Shown: positions 12,626 to 23,653 of the stretch, piece by piece
How the letters are laid out: the number at the start of each line of letters is the position of its first letter
Position numbering within the stretch: the first letter of the stretch is position 1
DNA from: Podarcis cretensis
Taxonomy: Eukaryota
Length of the DNA stretch: 64,000 nucleotides
Reading direction: 5' to 3'
Assembly: GCA_951804945.1 (NCBI GenBank)
Contig: OX638161.1
Coordinates: 48,174,001 to 48,238,000, forward strand
Position numbers and translations under genes: made by a program
The notes under the pieces: generated by a model
Database searches by the model: none
Seen by the model: only the letters and a program-made list of their open reading frames with translations
Told to the model about the DNA's origin: nothing

Positions 12626-13413
12626 AGTGGAAGGGGATGGGGATAGGGGATGTATATAGCCACCATCAGCTGGGCACACAGACCTGGCAGCCAGTGAAGA
12701 TACATGCCCACTGTGACTGCTGCTTCCCTGCTGACTGAGAAAAGCAGCTCTGCCTCAGTGCCAGGAGAAAGTAGTGCCACAGTGTCTTGAAGTGAGAGCG
12801 ATCAGCATCCCTGTTCTCTATCAGCGTGAGGGGAAAGCAACATCTCACAATCGGCTGTTCTGTTTTTCTTCAGTGTGAGGCATAGCTGCCATGGGGGGGG
12901 GGGGGCTGGTTGCTGCAGCTCCCACAATATTCCCCGTGAAGTGGCTGGGCACCCACATTTTTTGCACCAGGGCTGCACACACAAGGGGAGTGGGGCACAG
13001 AGGGAGCCCACTGGACGCAGCCCAGCATGAGAACGCTGCCTGGGCAACATTCTTTAAGATTCCCTTAAAGACAGCAGGTGTGGCGGGTGCCAGGGACCAA
13101 CTCCTTTGTTGTTTGAGTCCTAAGGAAAAGTGCGACATTCTGGGATCAAATCAGGAAACAGGAGGGGTTTTGTAAATTATTGACTGTACAACAGAACACT
13201 TGAAGGGTCAGCAAGTCATGTGTTTAGTATAAGGCTAAACAGATCTGCTCAGTCAAAGACCAGCGTTGCTCTTTTATCCTGAGCTGCATGTAAATAAAGA
13301 GGCAGCTTCCTGTTTAAAGCAGCAGCACACTCTCTGCCCAGCCTACCGCCAGAGGTCGAACTGCTGAACCACTTTCCAGTCAGTTCCTCTCAGAACAAAA
13401 TCAGGAGACAAAC

Positions 13414-13862
13414 ATGAAACTTTGGCTTCAATTTGTTTTTGTTTCAGCAGCTTTGGGAGGTAATTTTATTCCAGCTTTAAACAAAGATGACTAGTATAAT
13501 GTAGAGCTTCATATGTAGCAGATGTTTAAAATATGGCTTCCCCCCCCTGTTCTAGGTGTCCAATCAGCAATCCAGCTGGTAGAGTCTGGAGGGGATGTCA
13601 AAAGGCCTGGAGACTCCCTCCGCCTCTCCTGTCAAGCTTCTGGATTCACCTTCAACAGCTATGGCATGAACTGGGCGCGACAGGCTCCTGGGAAGGGACT
13701 GGAATGGGTTTCATTTATAAGCAATGGTGGAGGCTCACAATATTATGCAGACTCTGTGAAAGGGCGCTTCACCATCTCCAGAGACAACCCTTCAAACATG
13801 CTGTATCTACAAATGAACAGCTTGAAATCGGAGGACACTGCTGTTTATTACTGTGCAAGAGA
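13414..13862 (+). CDS. IGHV: IGHV segment, family A, intact
   Basis: Leader 13414-13459, V exon 13556-13862; perfect RSS CACAGTG 13863-13869, 23 nt, ACAAAAACC 13893-13901. Confidence 0.97.
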
Positions 13863-15389
13863 CACAGTGAAAGGAAGTGAATCTGAAGCCAGACAAAAAC
13901 CTTCCTTTGCCAGCTGTCTGGACTGGTTAAGCTGCAACCACAAAAAAACTAAATGAAAAATCTGAAGAAAGAAGATAAACTGAAGATAAATTGTCTTGAT
14001 TTTTTTGACACAAATGAGGCACCATGCCTATTGTTCAAAATGGAATGTTCAGAGAAAGCCTAGACTGCATTCAGACAGCACTTTATTCTATTTCCCCAGC
14101 AATGCATTTCATACTAAGAACTACTTCTGATGTGATCTTTTATGCAGTGCAAAATTCAATTCTGGTAATCTAGCAGAATCTTGTTGATGTTCAGTACTCA
14201 TTCCTATATTTATTGCTTCCATGATATGTGTGTTTGCATGATTGCAGCTCCTTTAGCTCAGAATATTGTGGCAAATTTAAGGTATAATTTCCCCAGTGTT
14301 TTAATGGCTTACATGATGTGATGAAATTTGGGGAAGAATTTTCAAATACCATGTTAGCCAGTTTTGGTGGGGATAGAGATGGAATGTTTAAATCCACTTT
14401 ACCACACAGTTTCCCTGTCTCCAACTTTGCAATCCCACCTTTCTGCTCTGTGTGTATATGAAGCAGTGTAGGACTTAATGTTCCTGCCAGACAATCAGTG
14501 TAATGGACACAAAGGGAGAGCCATGTTAATTTGGTTGGAATTAAAAGCAAGCAGCTTTATGACCTGATGACTGAGCACACAGACTTGAGCATAGCTGGAA
14601 TGTTGCAGGGTCATTTCATTATTCCTTTTGCGTGTCGAGGTCCCCAATCCACCCCCCAAAATAACTCACAACAGACACGTAATTTTTTGTTTAAGATTTT
14701 TGGCATGATTTTGGCCACAACTTTATTAAAATACAAACTGTGAGTGGTTGTTTATGTTGGGATTCAGAACTTACAGGGTTAAGCTGTTCTGAGTAGTGCC
14801 TCCCATTCTGACGTGTGGAAGGAGGGAGGAGCTCTACTTTCTGTTCTCTCTTGGTCTCTGAAAGAGACGGACGCCATGAATGCTAGCAGTCCAGGAGAAT
14901 CTGAGAAATGCTGAGCTGTAAATATTTTGCTGCAATAAAGAACTGATAAATTTGGACTCACAAGTGCTTGTTGTGTTTGGATCTAAGCAAGCAGCAACGG
15001 TTTTTGTTCCGCTGTGTTTTTACTCTGCAAGGCGAAACCGGAGAGAAGAAGGTCTGCGCAGCTTGGCTAAGAAGTGTGCCGGACCGCAATAAACTGGGGC
15101 TAATTGGGGCCATAAAGTAATTAGCCAATTAAGATCTTATCACAGGTTATGGGGGGCCTAATTACCGCTTATAAAACTGTTGCTGAAAGTCTGCCGGTGT
15201 ACTTTGAAGTCAGCTTGAACAGCTGGGAAGACGCTACCGAAGCGGAGGTCTGCGTTCTGTGTTTTGCCTGCTGCTAAGAGGCAAGAGTTGCTGAGAGCTG
15301 AGAGCTGGGAAAGCAGCTGAAAAATCGGGTGCCGGAGAGCTGACTGGTTTTACGTGAGTAGCAGCTGGGGCCCCGGGGAAGAGGAGAGA

Positions 15390-15842
15390 ATGGCAGACAG
15401 CCAGGTCCTTGAGGACGTTCCACTTGAAAAGCTCACTTTAAGAAGTTGGGCAACCTGGTCCAGAAGAGTAAGGGGTTGGTTTCTGGTTACTGGGCTTTGG
15501 GATGTAAGCCAGAAAGAGCCACTTCCCCTGAATCCAGGTCCTGAAGGGACACACGTTGCAGGCTTTGAGGCTGCGTTGCCTGAAGATGGCCGGCAGAGAA
15601 TGCAAAGAGAGCTTGCTATGCTGAAAGCATGCGTACACGCATCGCTCTTGCCTAGTTTGGAAGGCGTAAAGTCAGCAAGGGCTGCCTGGGAGGTGCTGAG
15701 AAGTTTGTGTGAAACTGCAGCAGGAGGCCAGGGCCCTGGAGAAGTCATGGAGAGCCTGGAGATGGCTGTAGCCCCAGTCCCTGAGGTGCAAGTCGGGGGG
15801 CTGAGAATTCCAAAGGCAAGTTTCAAAAGTTTTCCACTGTGA
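15390..15842 (+). CDS. gag: copia gag N-terminal region
   Basis: MADSQVLEDVPLEKLTLRSWATWSRRVRGWFLVTGLWDV..SARAAWEVL resembles copia gag; out of frame with the downstream ORF near the G6 run at 15795-15800. Confidence 0.8.
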   Translation: MADSQVLEDVPLEKLTLRSWATWSRRVRGWFLVTGLWDVSQKEPLPLNPGPEGTHVAGFEAALPEDGRQRMQRELAMLKACVHASLLPSLEGVKSARAAWEVLRSLCETAAGGQGPGEVMESLEMAVAPVPEVQVGGLRIPKASFKSFPL

Positions 15843-18091
15843 GTGCTGAAGTGAAACGCAGTTTCAGCGAGGGCAGGGCTGGCACAGAGTGCTCTTCCGG
15901 AAGAAGGGGGGCCAGGCCAGCTGAAAGGAGCCCTGGGCAGTATTTTTCCACTGGGGATCATCGTCAGCCAAAGTCTGGAAAGCTGCGGAGAGGAGCTAGA
16001 CGCTTCAAGGTCGGCCACCTGGACAAAGTGAAGATAAGGCCTAAAGAGTTACGTGGGAACGCAGAGGCCAGTCCGGTCTCCAAGGCAACGGAGGAGGCTA
16101 CTTCTACGGAAGCTGCCAAGGTCCTGAGCAAGGGGGAGTTGGTTGCCGAGACAACCAGAGAGAACAGCTGCAGAAGCCCAAAGAGAGGGGGCAGCAAGAC
16201 GTTTGTTGCTATGGCGTTGTTTGAGAACAGCTCTGAGAGAGACACTGACTTACGCTTTGTAATCGACTCAGGAGCTAACTGCAACCTGATTCCAGAGACC
16301 CCTGCAGTCGAGATGTGGAATTGCACGGCAATTCCGGCTGGGAAAACTGTTCAGTTTGCAAATGGGGAAAAGAAAAATGTAACTAACGTTGCAAATGCTT
16401 TTTTTTCTGTTTTGCAGGAGCAGATGGAAGTTTGCATTGTGCCAGGAATGCAACACTGTATTTTATCTGTGCCTTATTTGTTGAAAAAGGGGTTTAAGGT
16501 TTGCTTTGAACATGATTTTTGTACAATCTCCAAAGGAGGGAAGCAATTGGTCAGAGTTGCAAAGGGGCAGAATGATCTCTTCATTCTTAAAACGTCTCTG
16601 GTGGGTGAGGGGAAGGTTGAGAAAGCACAAGCCCTGCGTGCTACAGTTCCCACTCATGTTTCATGTGCTTGTGCGTGGCATAAGATGACAGCTCATTCTT
16701 CTGTTGAAGAACTACAGGTGCTACCTGAGGTTAGCAAAGGCTGTAGAATTGAGAAATGTGCAAGAGTCCTAGATTGCCAGGCTTGCAGACAGGCGAAGGT
16801 AAAAGGGTGCAGTTACCCAAAGGTGGAGAGGGTAACCACAAAACCTTTTGATCTTGTGCACATAGATCTGTTGGGTCCCATGAAGAAACCAAGTTTGGGA
16901 GGGGCCAGGTTTCTGCTGACGCTGCAGGATGATTTTTCGCAGAACACCTGGACACATGGTCTCAAATCCAAGGAAGATGCAGCACAGCTGATTAGACGTT
17001 GGATTGAGGAGGTGGAACTAAGGTTCTCCACGAAAGTGCAGGCAATTGCTAGTGACAGAGGTACACAGTTTACTGGGTCTGCTTTGCAGAAGTTCTTTCA
17101 CAAGAAAGGGATAAGTCACACAGTGACTTCTCCTCAACAGAGGGGGGTGGCAGAGCTAAGAAGTGAGGCTCTGGTTAAAGCTGCACAGGTGATGCTGTCA
17201 GACTCTGGGTTACCTTCAAGGTTTTGGATGGAGTCAGTTAAATATGTGAGCTTCACCTGGAATCGGTCCTACAATTCAGTGGTAGGAGACACACCGTTTT
17301 TCATGCTTCACGGGAGGAAACCTCAGGTTCACTTCCTCCGTGCGTTTGGATCAACGGCCTCGGTGCCGGTGCCTGAAGCTTTGCGAGGGCCAGGTGAACC
17401 CAAGTTCCAGAAAATGATCTTCTGTGGGTATGAGCCAGCAGCTCATGCATGGAGGTTTGCGTACCCGTCAGGTGATCAGAGTAAGCTGCTGATCAGTAAA
17501 CACGCTGAGTTCTATAAGCAGGATGAAAAGTCAAAGACTCCTGCCAGACGTGATATTCTTTCAGAATGTCTTTCTGATTCAGAGCAGGAAGGTTCTGATG
17601 AGGAGGAAGGAGAGCCAGGGGCTGAGTCTGCTGATGACGATCAGCTCACTGACCAAAGTCAGGAGCAGGATGGGGCATCTCCACAAGTTGTTAAAAGAGA
17701 GCCCAAGAGTGAGCCTAGTTCTCCTGTGAGGGTAATGCAAAGGATTCGAAGACGCGTTAAGTCAGAGGGGGAATCCCGGGATGCAGAGGACACACCTGCT
17801 GACCACAGTGAGTCAGAGGAAGTGCCTGAGTTTGTGCCCAGGCGGTCCAGTCGCACAACGAAGGGAATTCCACCTGAGAGGTATCAGGCCACAGGTGCGT
17901 GGGTAAGTTTCGCACAGTGCGAATCTGAGAGTTGTGAGGATGTTCCACAGATGCCTGACAGGAACGCCAGGAGAGGGCGCAAGGCATTAGGGAAGGAATT
18001 GATCTCACAGAGGTCTGGAACGGTACATCCACAGGTCTTGTCAGAATGCTCGGCAAGAGGGGGTGTTGGGATTCAGAACTTACAGGGTTAA
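15785..18091 (+). CDS. pol: copia gag-C/protease/integrase ORF (no RT)
   Basis: FVIDSGA aspartic protease, WHKMTAH..CQAC zinc finger, LVHIDLLGP / ASDRGTQF / GVAE integrase DDE, MIFCGYE SH3-like, PRRSSRTTKGIPPERY linker; runs into the 3' LTR with no YVDD motif. Confidence 0.92.
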   Translation, partial: GASRGAENSKGKFQKFSTVSAEVKRSFSEGRAGTECSSGRRGARPAERSPGQYFSTGDHRQPKSGKLRRGARRFKVGHLDKVKIRPKELRGNAEASPVSKATEEATSTEAAKVLSKGELVAETTRENSCRSPKRGGSKTFVAMALFENSSERDTDLRFVIDSGANCNLIPETPAVEMWNCTAIPAGKTVQFANGEKKNVTNVANAFFSVLQEQMEVCIVPGMQHCILSVPYLLKKGFKVCFEHDFCTISKGGKQLVRVAKGQNDLFILKTSLVGEGKVEKAQALRATVPTHVSCACAWHKMTAHSSVEELQVLPEVSKGCRIEKCARVLDCQACRQAKVKGCSYPKVERVTTKPFDLVHIDLLGPMKKPSLGGARFLLTLQDDFSQNTWTHGLKSKEDAAQLIRRWIEEVELRFSTKVQAIASDRGTQFTGSALQKFFHKKGISHTVTSPQQRGVAELRSEALVKAAQVMLSDSGLPSRFWMESVKYVSFTWNRSYNSVVGDTPFFMLHGRKPQVHFLRAFGSTASVPVPEALRGPGEPKFQKMIFCGYEPAAHAWRFAYPSGDQSKLLISKHAEFYKQDEKSKTPARRDILSECLSDSEQEGSDEEEGEPGAESADDDQLTDQSQEQDGASPQVVKREPKSEPSSPVRVMQRIRRRVKSEGESRDAEDTPADHSESEEVPEFVPRRSSRTTKGIPPERYQATGAWVSFAQCESESCEDVPQMPDRNARRGRKALGKELISQRSGTVHPQVLSECSARGGVGIQNLQG

Positions 18092-19509
18092 GTTGTTCTG
18101 AGTAGTGCCTCCCATTCTGACGTGTGGAAGGAGGGAGGAGCTCTACTTTCTGTTCTCTCTTGGTCTCTGAAAGAGACGGACGCCATGAATGCTAGCAGTC
18201 CAGGAGAATCTGAGAAATGCTGAGCTGTAAATATTTTGCTGCAATAAAGAACTGATAAATTTGGACTCACAAGTGCTTGTTGTGTTTGGATCTAAGCAAG
18301 CAGCAACGGTTTTTGTTCCGCTGTGTTTTTACTCTGCAAGGCGAAACCGGAGAGAAGAAGGTCTGCGCAGCTTGGCTAAGAAGTGTGCCGGACCGCAATA
18401 AACTGGGGCTAATTGGGGCCATAAAGTAATTAGCCAATTAAGATCTTATCACAGTTTAGACATTGGTTAAGACTATCTGTCCCCCCGCCTGGGGACAGAA
18501 CTGACTTCCGGGCACCACCGAAAGACAGTGCGGGGGAAAGCAAGTCAGGGAAGAATTGGAGCTGAGACACAGACCCTCAACTCTCATCCGCCTGCTCCCA
18601 GAAGGCTTGCCGGCCCTAGTCCCTTTCCTGGGATTGGATGAAAAGATGGCAAGCCCCAGGATTCCTTTAATGGAATTCCCTTTCCGCAGCAACCATGGAG
18701 GGGCAGGCCCAGCCTATCCTAACCCCTCCTCCACCAGATTTATAACCAATGCCTAACCACAACCTTACAAGTTGTGACGATTTGCTACGCAGTAGGCAAA
18801 AAACCACCCAGCCAGCCAATTTGCCAGGTGGAAAAATTCCTACCAAGCCCCTGCTCAAAGGCAGACGACCCCATGACAGGCATAGCAAGGTCAACGCAAC
18901 AACCCCTTATTCTAGGGCGGGTGGGCGGGTGATCTGTTGCACGCAGCAAAAGAGAAAGTACAAGGCTGCGTGCAACATAACTTTTCCCCCAGCAACTCGG
19001 CAATCCAATCAATGCCCCTGGCCATCTTGGAGAACTTCCCCAGCAACAAAGGGGGTGGCTCAGTAGACCCCACGGCAACACGTGCTCTCCCTGAAGGAGA
19101 ACACGCTTTATACTAATATCAAATTTCTATACCACCCCTCATCTGAAAATCATAGGATGGCTCACATTGGCAGTGTGTGGCCCCAGCCAACATGAAGGCT
19201 TGTAAAAATTCCTCTTCCTGCTGCTTTCTGGTTGTGGGAAAGCAAGGGACCCATAAAAGGGTGTGTGTGACCAAGAAGACTTCTTTAAATGATGGACCCA
19301 CTTCCTGCTGGTGGAAGCAGTGCTCTGAGCATATTCTCAGTTTAGATCACCTCTCTTTATCTGATTCCCACCACTAGATGCAAAGTTGATGCAAATTCCT
19401 GTCCAAAAAGCTTTCTATTTAAATAGCTCCACCCACACCAAGTCTTCAGATGCCCAGCTGGACCAAATTCAGCTGTCAATCCAGACGGAGGAGTTTCTCT
19501 CTGCAAACA

Positions 19510-19959
19510 ATGAAGGCCCCCTTTCTTTTCCTTTCTTTGTTAGCAGTGCCGCTGTGTGAGTATCTTCCAGGTAAACATAAAAAACTTAAATGTTACAGAT
19601 GGACAAATTGCATGGTAACCAAAGTCTTATTGTTTGCTTTAGATGTCCACTGCAGTGTCCAGCTTGTTGAATCTGGACCCAGAACTGTGAATCCTGGAGG
19701 GTCCATGAGACTAACCTGCACTGTCACTGGGGATTCTGTCAAGAATAATTACTGGGAATGGGCCCGACAGGCTCCCGGAAAAGGACTGGAATGGATGGCC
19801 CAGATATACTGGGTTATCCTCAAATGGAGCTTATACTACAACCCATCACTCCAAGACCGAATCACTGTGACTGCCGATTCCTCCAAAAATACATATGACC
19901 TGGAACTGAGATCTGTGACAGATGCAGACACGGCTATATATTATTGTGCCCGCAAGACA
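19510..19959 (+). CDS. IGHV: IGHV segment, family B, open; weak RSS
   Basis: Leader 19510-19555, V exon 19643-19959; RSS CACAATG 19960-19966, 23 nt, ATAAAAGGG. Confidence 0.92.
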
Positions 19960-20722
19960 CACAATGACATAAACCAAAGGAGAAACTGTATAAAAGGGCA
20001 GGAGCATCTGTTACTGGGGTGAAGTGTAGGAGCAGCTCCTAAGATTCTTTCTGTTTCTCACAAGGGGGCAGCAGTGATTTAAGGACTAAGAAGCTATTGA
20101 ACACAACTGAAATAAAGCCTTGTGAGATGTTTTGTGGTTACAGCTGCATGACTGACTACTGTTTTCTCAGCTGCCTCAACTTCACTGGCTGCATGAGAGT
20201 CTGATTCCAAAACCGAATCGCACAGTACTAAAACAGACTATTAAACTTGTGATATTACCATACAAAAATCCCCCCCCCAAAAAAGTTGAGCGGTAGGCAA
20301 GGGATGGACCTGCGGACCTTCTAGGTATATTCTGAAGACCCACAGGTGTCCACAGAACTCTAATTGTGAACCACCGCATCAAGCCATAGAGAGTTCATAT
20401 GACAGAAAATTGGTCCAAGCGCATATACACACACATTTTTTTAGTAGTCATCTGCACAGAAGTTATGTATAAAGAGTCACACCACAGCTTCTCTTCCAAT
20501 TTAAACATTACTTTATAGCAGACTGACCCAAGTACACTGAAACCTATTTCAGAATATGGATAAAGAATGCATGCACAATTTATGAAATTGCCATACCCAG
20601 ATGATAAAATAAGTGCAAAAATCAGAGGCAGACAGTGTTCTTTCAAATTTCAGTGGTGCCCTGAGTAAGGCCAAAATTTGGTAGCCTCAACCTCTTCCCT
20701 TCCCTTCTGCTCAATTCACTAT

Positions 20723-21910
20723 AGATAGATAGATGATAGATAGATAGACTGATAAACTTTATTTGCATTAGCCAACGGCCATAGCAACATAAAACAAGCA
20801 ATATATACAAATAAAAAAGACAACAATGGGTAAAAAGGACAATCAAATGACCAAGATTATCATTCAGATAAAAGGTAAAGGGACCCCTGACCATTAGGTC
20901 CAGTCGTGACCGACTCTGGGGTTGCGGCGCTCATCTCAATTTATTGGCTGAGGGAGCCAGCGTTTGTCCGCAGACAGCTTCCGGGTCATGTGGCCAGCAT
21001 AACTAAGCCGCTTCTGGTGAACCAGACCAGCGCACGGAAATGCCGTTTACCTTCCTGCCGGAGCGGTCCCTATTTATCTACTTGCACTTTGATGTGCTTT
21101 CGAACTGCTAGGTTGCAGGACCTGGGACCGAGCAACAGGAGCTCATCCCGTTGCGGGGATTTGAACCGCCAGCCTTCTGATCGGCAAGTCCTAGGCTCTG
21201 TGGTTTAACCTACAGCGCCACCTGTGTCCCTATCGTTCAGATAGTGGCCCTTAATATCATTGCACCCTTGATAAACCTAGCAACCTTTGCTGTTGTCTGA
21301 TCATTTTGATCTGATAAAAGAAGGAACAATGTGGCTGCAGATGGGCGGCCTGGGATGGTAAGTAAGAGTGGGGTGATGATCTCATACCTCAGATCTTTAT
21401 AAAGGGGACAGGGCAGGAGAACATGAGCCACTGTTTCCAGATTGCCATCTCCACAGGGGCAGAGTCATTTCTCAGGTGGAATCTTTTGGTATCTGCCCTC
21501 AAGTACGGCAGAGGGCATCACATCCTATCTGGCCAGTGTGAAGGCACGTCTGTATTTTGGGATGGTTACCGTAATTTATACAAATATGGTTCCATGGAAT
21601 CAAACTGAGAAGGGGGGGGGGAGGCATACCAAGGACAGAGTTTCTTTATAATGGCCAGATTGTTCTGTTGCTCTAAGTCCTTCAGATGCTGTCCAATTAG
21701 TCATTTTGCTTTAATAAAGCCCATAGTGAGAAGCTGATGTAGGTGGAGTCCGCAGGAGAGGAAGTTTTGGTGCACATTTTAGACCACACACTTTTATGGG
21801 GGTCTTGTGTCACTAAGGGCAGTAGACCGGGTGGATTTAGATTTAGACAGAGCCAATAATTAAGAGTTCTTTGCCAGGACCAAGTGTCTACAAAGGGAAG
21901 ACTTACCTCT
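20723..21910 (-). mobile_element. 3' fragment of an RTE-X-like LINE, interrupted by a SINE
   Basis: Minus ORF HVLLPCPLYKDLR..LLSDQ..KVARFI resembles the C-terminus of the LINE at 50691-51083; AATAAA and (CTAT)n tail near 20725-20765; 5' edge approximate. Confidence 0.65.
20871..21230 (-). mobile_element. Sauria SINE
   Basis: Reverse complement begins GGGACACAGGTGGCGCTG, tRNA-like B box GGTTCAAATCCCC, ACCTTT tail; 13-nt TSD TATC(A/G)TTCAGATA. Confidence 0.9.
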
Positions 21911-22338
21911 AGTCATAATGCTGCAGTTGGGACACAAGGTGGTACAGAAAAAATCTGCCTTAAAAATTTGGATTGGACAGTTTCAAGAATGCTATAATGC
22001 CCCATTTTTGGAGTGCCCCCCCCGCACTTCATTACAGTATATATATTTAAGGCACCAGGCAAAAATGTTCCCCTTTAACCAGGTCCTTGACTCATTAATA
22101 TTCTACAGCCTTTTAAATGTGTTTACTATTTTGTTGCTTCTGTTTTGAGTATTTGTGCTTTTCTCTTGTGTTTTATCTTTTTATCTGAGATCTTTTGATG
22201 AAGGGCAGTATATAAATTTTATAGACGGACAGATAGATGATAGGTGTTGATCTGATGGGGGACATTGGGAAGCTGTATCAGGATTCCCTGGAATACAGCA
22301 GGTGTGGCGGGTTCCAAGGACCAACTCCTTTTTTGTTT

Positions 22339-22546
22339 GAGGGCCTTCTTGGTAGCGGCGCCTGCCCTGTGGAATGCTTTCACATCAGATGTCAAGGAAA
22401 TAAACAACTATCTGTATTTTAGAAGACATCTGAATGCAGCCCTGTTTAGGGAAATTTTTAATGTTTGAAGTTTTATTCTGTTTTTAATGTTCTGTTGAAA
22501 GCCACCCAAACTGAGCCAGATGGATGGGGGAGAAATAATAAATTTC

Positions 22547-22580
<34 letters not shown>
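22339..22580 (+). mobile_element. L2 LINE 3' fragment
   Basis: RAFLVAAPALWNA..FRRHLNAALF motif and (TTA)n tail. Confidence 0.7.
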
Positions 22581-22583
<3 letters not shown>

Positions 22584-23022
22584 TATTACTATTGTAACAA
22601 GACTCCCACCCTGGGCCTCAGATAATCTCTGCCCATGCCTGCTTCCAAGTCCAAACTTTCAACATTTCTCCAATAAAAATAGGGACATCCCTACCATACC
22701 TTCCAACATTTCTCTGATGAAAATAGGAATGCTCTAAGATAAACAGGGGCATTCCGGGATCAAATACGGAATTGGGATGGCTTTTGGAAATCTGGGACTG
22801 TCCCTGGAAAATAGGGTCAGCAAGTCATGTCTCTGGTATAAGGCTAAACAGATCTGCTCCATCAAAGCCCTGTGTTGCTCTTTTATCCTGAGCTGCATGT
22901 AAATGCAGAGGCAGCTTCCTGTTTAAAGCAGCAGCACACTCTCTGCCCAGCCTACAGCCAGAGGTTGAACTGCTGAAACACTTTCCAGTCAGTTCCTCTC
23001 ACAGAAAAATTGGGAGACAAAC

Positions 23023-23469
23023 ATGACACTTTGGCTTCAGTTTGTTTTTGTTTCAGCAGTTTTGGGAGGTAATGTTATTCCCGCTTTAAACAAAGATGAC
23101 TAGTATAATGTAGGGCTTCATATGTAGCAGATCTTTCAGCTATGGCTTTCCCCCCTTTCTAGGTGTCCAATCAGCAGTTCAGCTGGTAGAGTCTGGAGGG
23201 GATGTCAAAAGGCCTGGAGATTCCCTCCGCCTCTCCTGTCGAACTTCTGGATTCTCCTTCAGTAGCTTCAACATGAACTGGGTGCGACAGGTTCCTGGGA
23301 AGGGCCTGGAATGGATTGCAATAATCTGGTATGATGATAGCCGACAATATTATGCAGATTCAGTGAAAGGGCGCTTCACCATCTCCAGAGACAACCCTTC
23401 AAACATGCTGTATCTACAAATGAACAGCTTGAAATCAGAGGACACTGCTGTTTATTACTGTGCAAGAGG
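23023..23469 (+). CDS. IGHV: IGHV segment, family A, intact
   Basis: Leader 23023-23068, V exon 23163-23469 ([34 protein letters not shown]); RSS CACAGTG 23470-23476, 23 nt, ACAAAAACC. Confidence 0.96.
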
Positions 23470-23653
23470 CACAGTGAAAGGAAGTGAATCTGAAGCCAGA
23501 CAAAAACCTTTCTTTGCCAGCTGTCTGGACTGGTTCATCTGCAACCACAAAACAACAACAACAAAAAAAAAACCACACTAAATGATGAAGTTTGGAGAAG
23601 GAAGATAAATTCAAGATAAATTGTCTTGATTTTGTTGACACAAATGAGGCATC

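Larger units (their letters stand above)
14755..18453 (+). mobile_element. Ty1/copia LTR retrotransposon, 3.7 kb, lacking RT/RNase H
   Basis: 390-nt LTRs TG..CA at 14755-15144 and 18064-18453 (one mismatch seen), TSD GTTTA, copia-type PBS GGTTATGGG at 15145, polypurine tract before 18064. Confidence 0.96.
14630..19106 (-). mobile_element. Probable solo LTR-like insertion (14630-14749 plus 18459-19106) split by the copia element
   Basis: ~770 nt absent from paralogous units, short inverted ends GCGTGT..ACACGC, minus-strand AATAAA near 14722; no clean TSD found. Confidence 0.45.
1030..20180 (+). repeat. Three tandem segmental duplication units (~1030-5765, ~5765-12115, ~12115-20180), each pseudo-VB + VH-A + VH-B
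   Basis: Near-identical ORF-track peptides recur (2178/6712, 2696/7413, 1596/6324/12666); length differences are explained by TE insertions and a ~1.5-kb deletion at ~13050. Confidence 0.9.

Noticed and set aside
15795-15842. Programmed -1 frameshift between copia gag and pol
   Set aside because: No X XXY YYZ slippery heptamer seen; copia elements usually have one ORF; a homopolymer indel is simpler.
19450-20022. ORF reading through leader, intron and V as if intronless (similarly 58685-59374)
   Set aside because: The 87-nt intron has canonical GT-AG sites and is merely stop-free in this copy; paralogous introns break frame.
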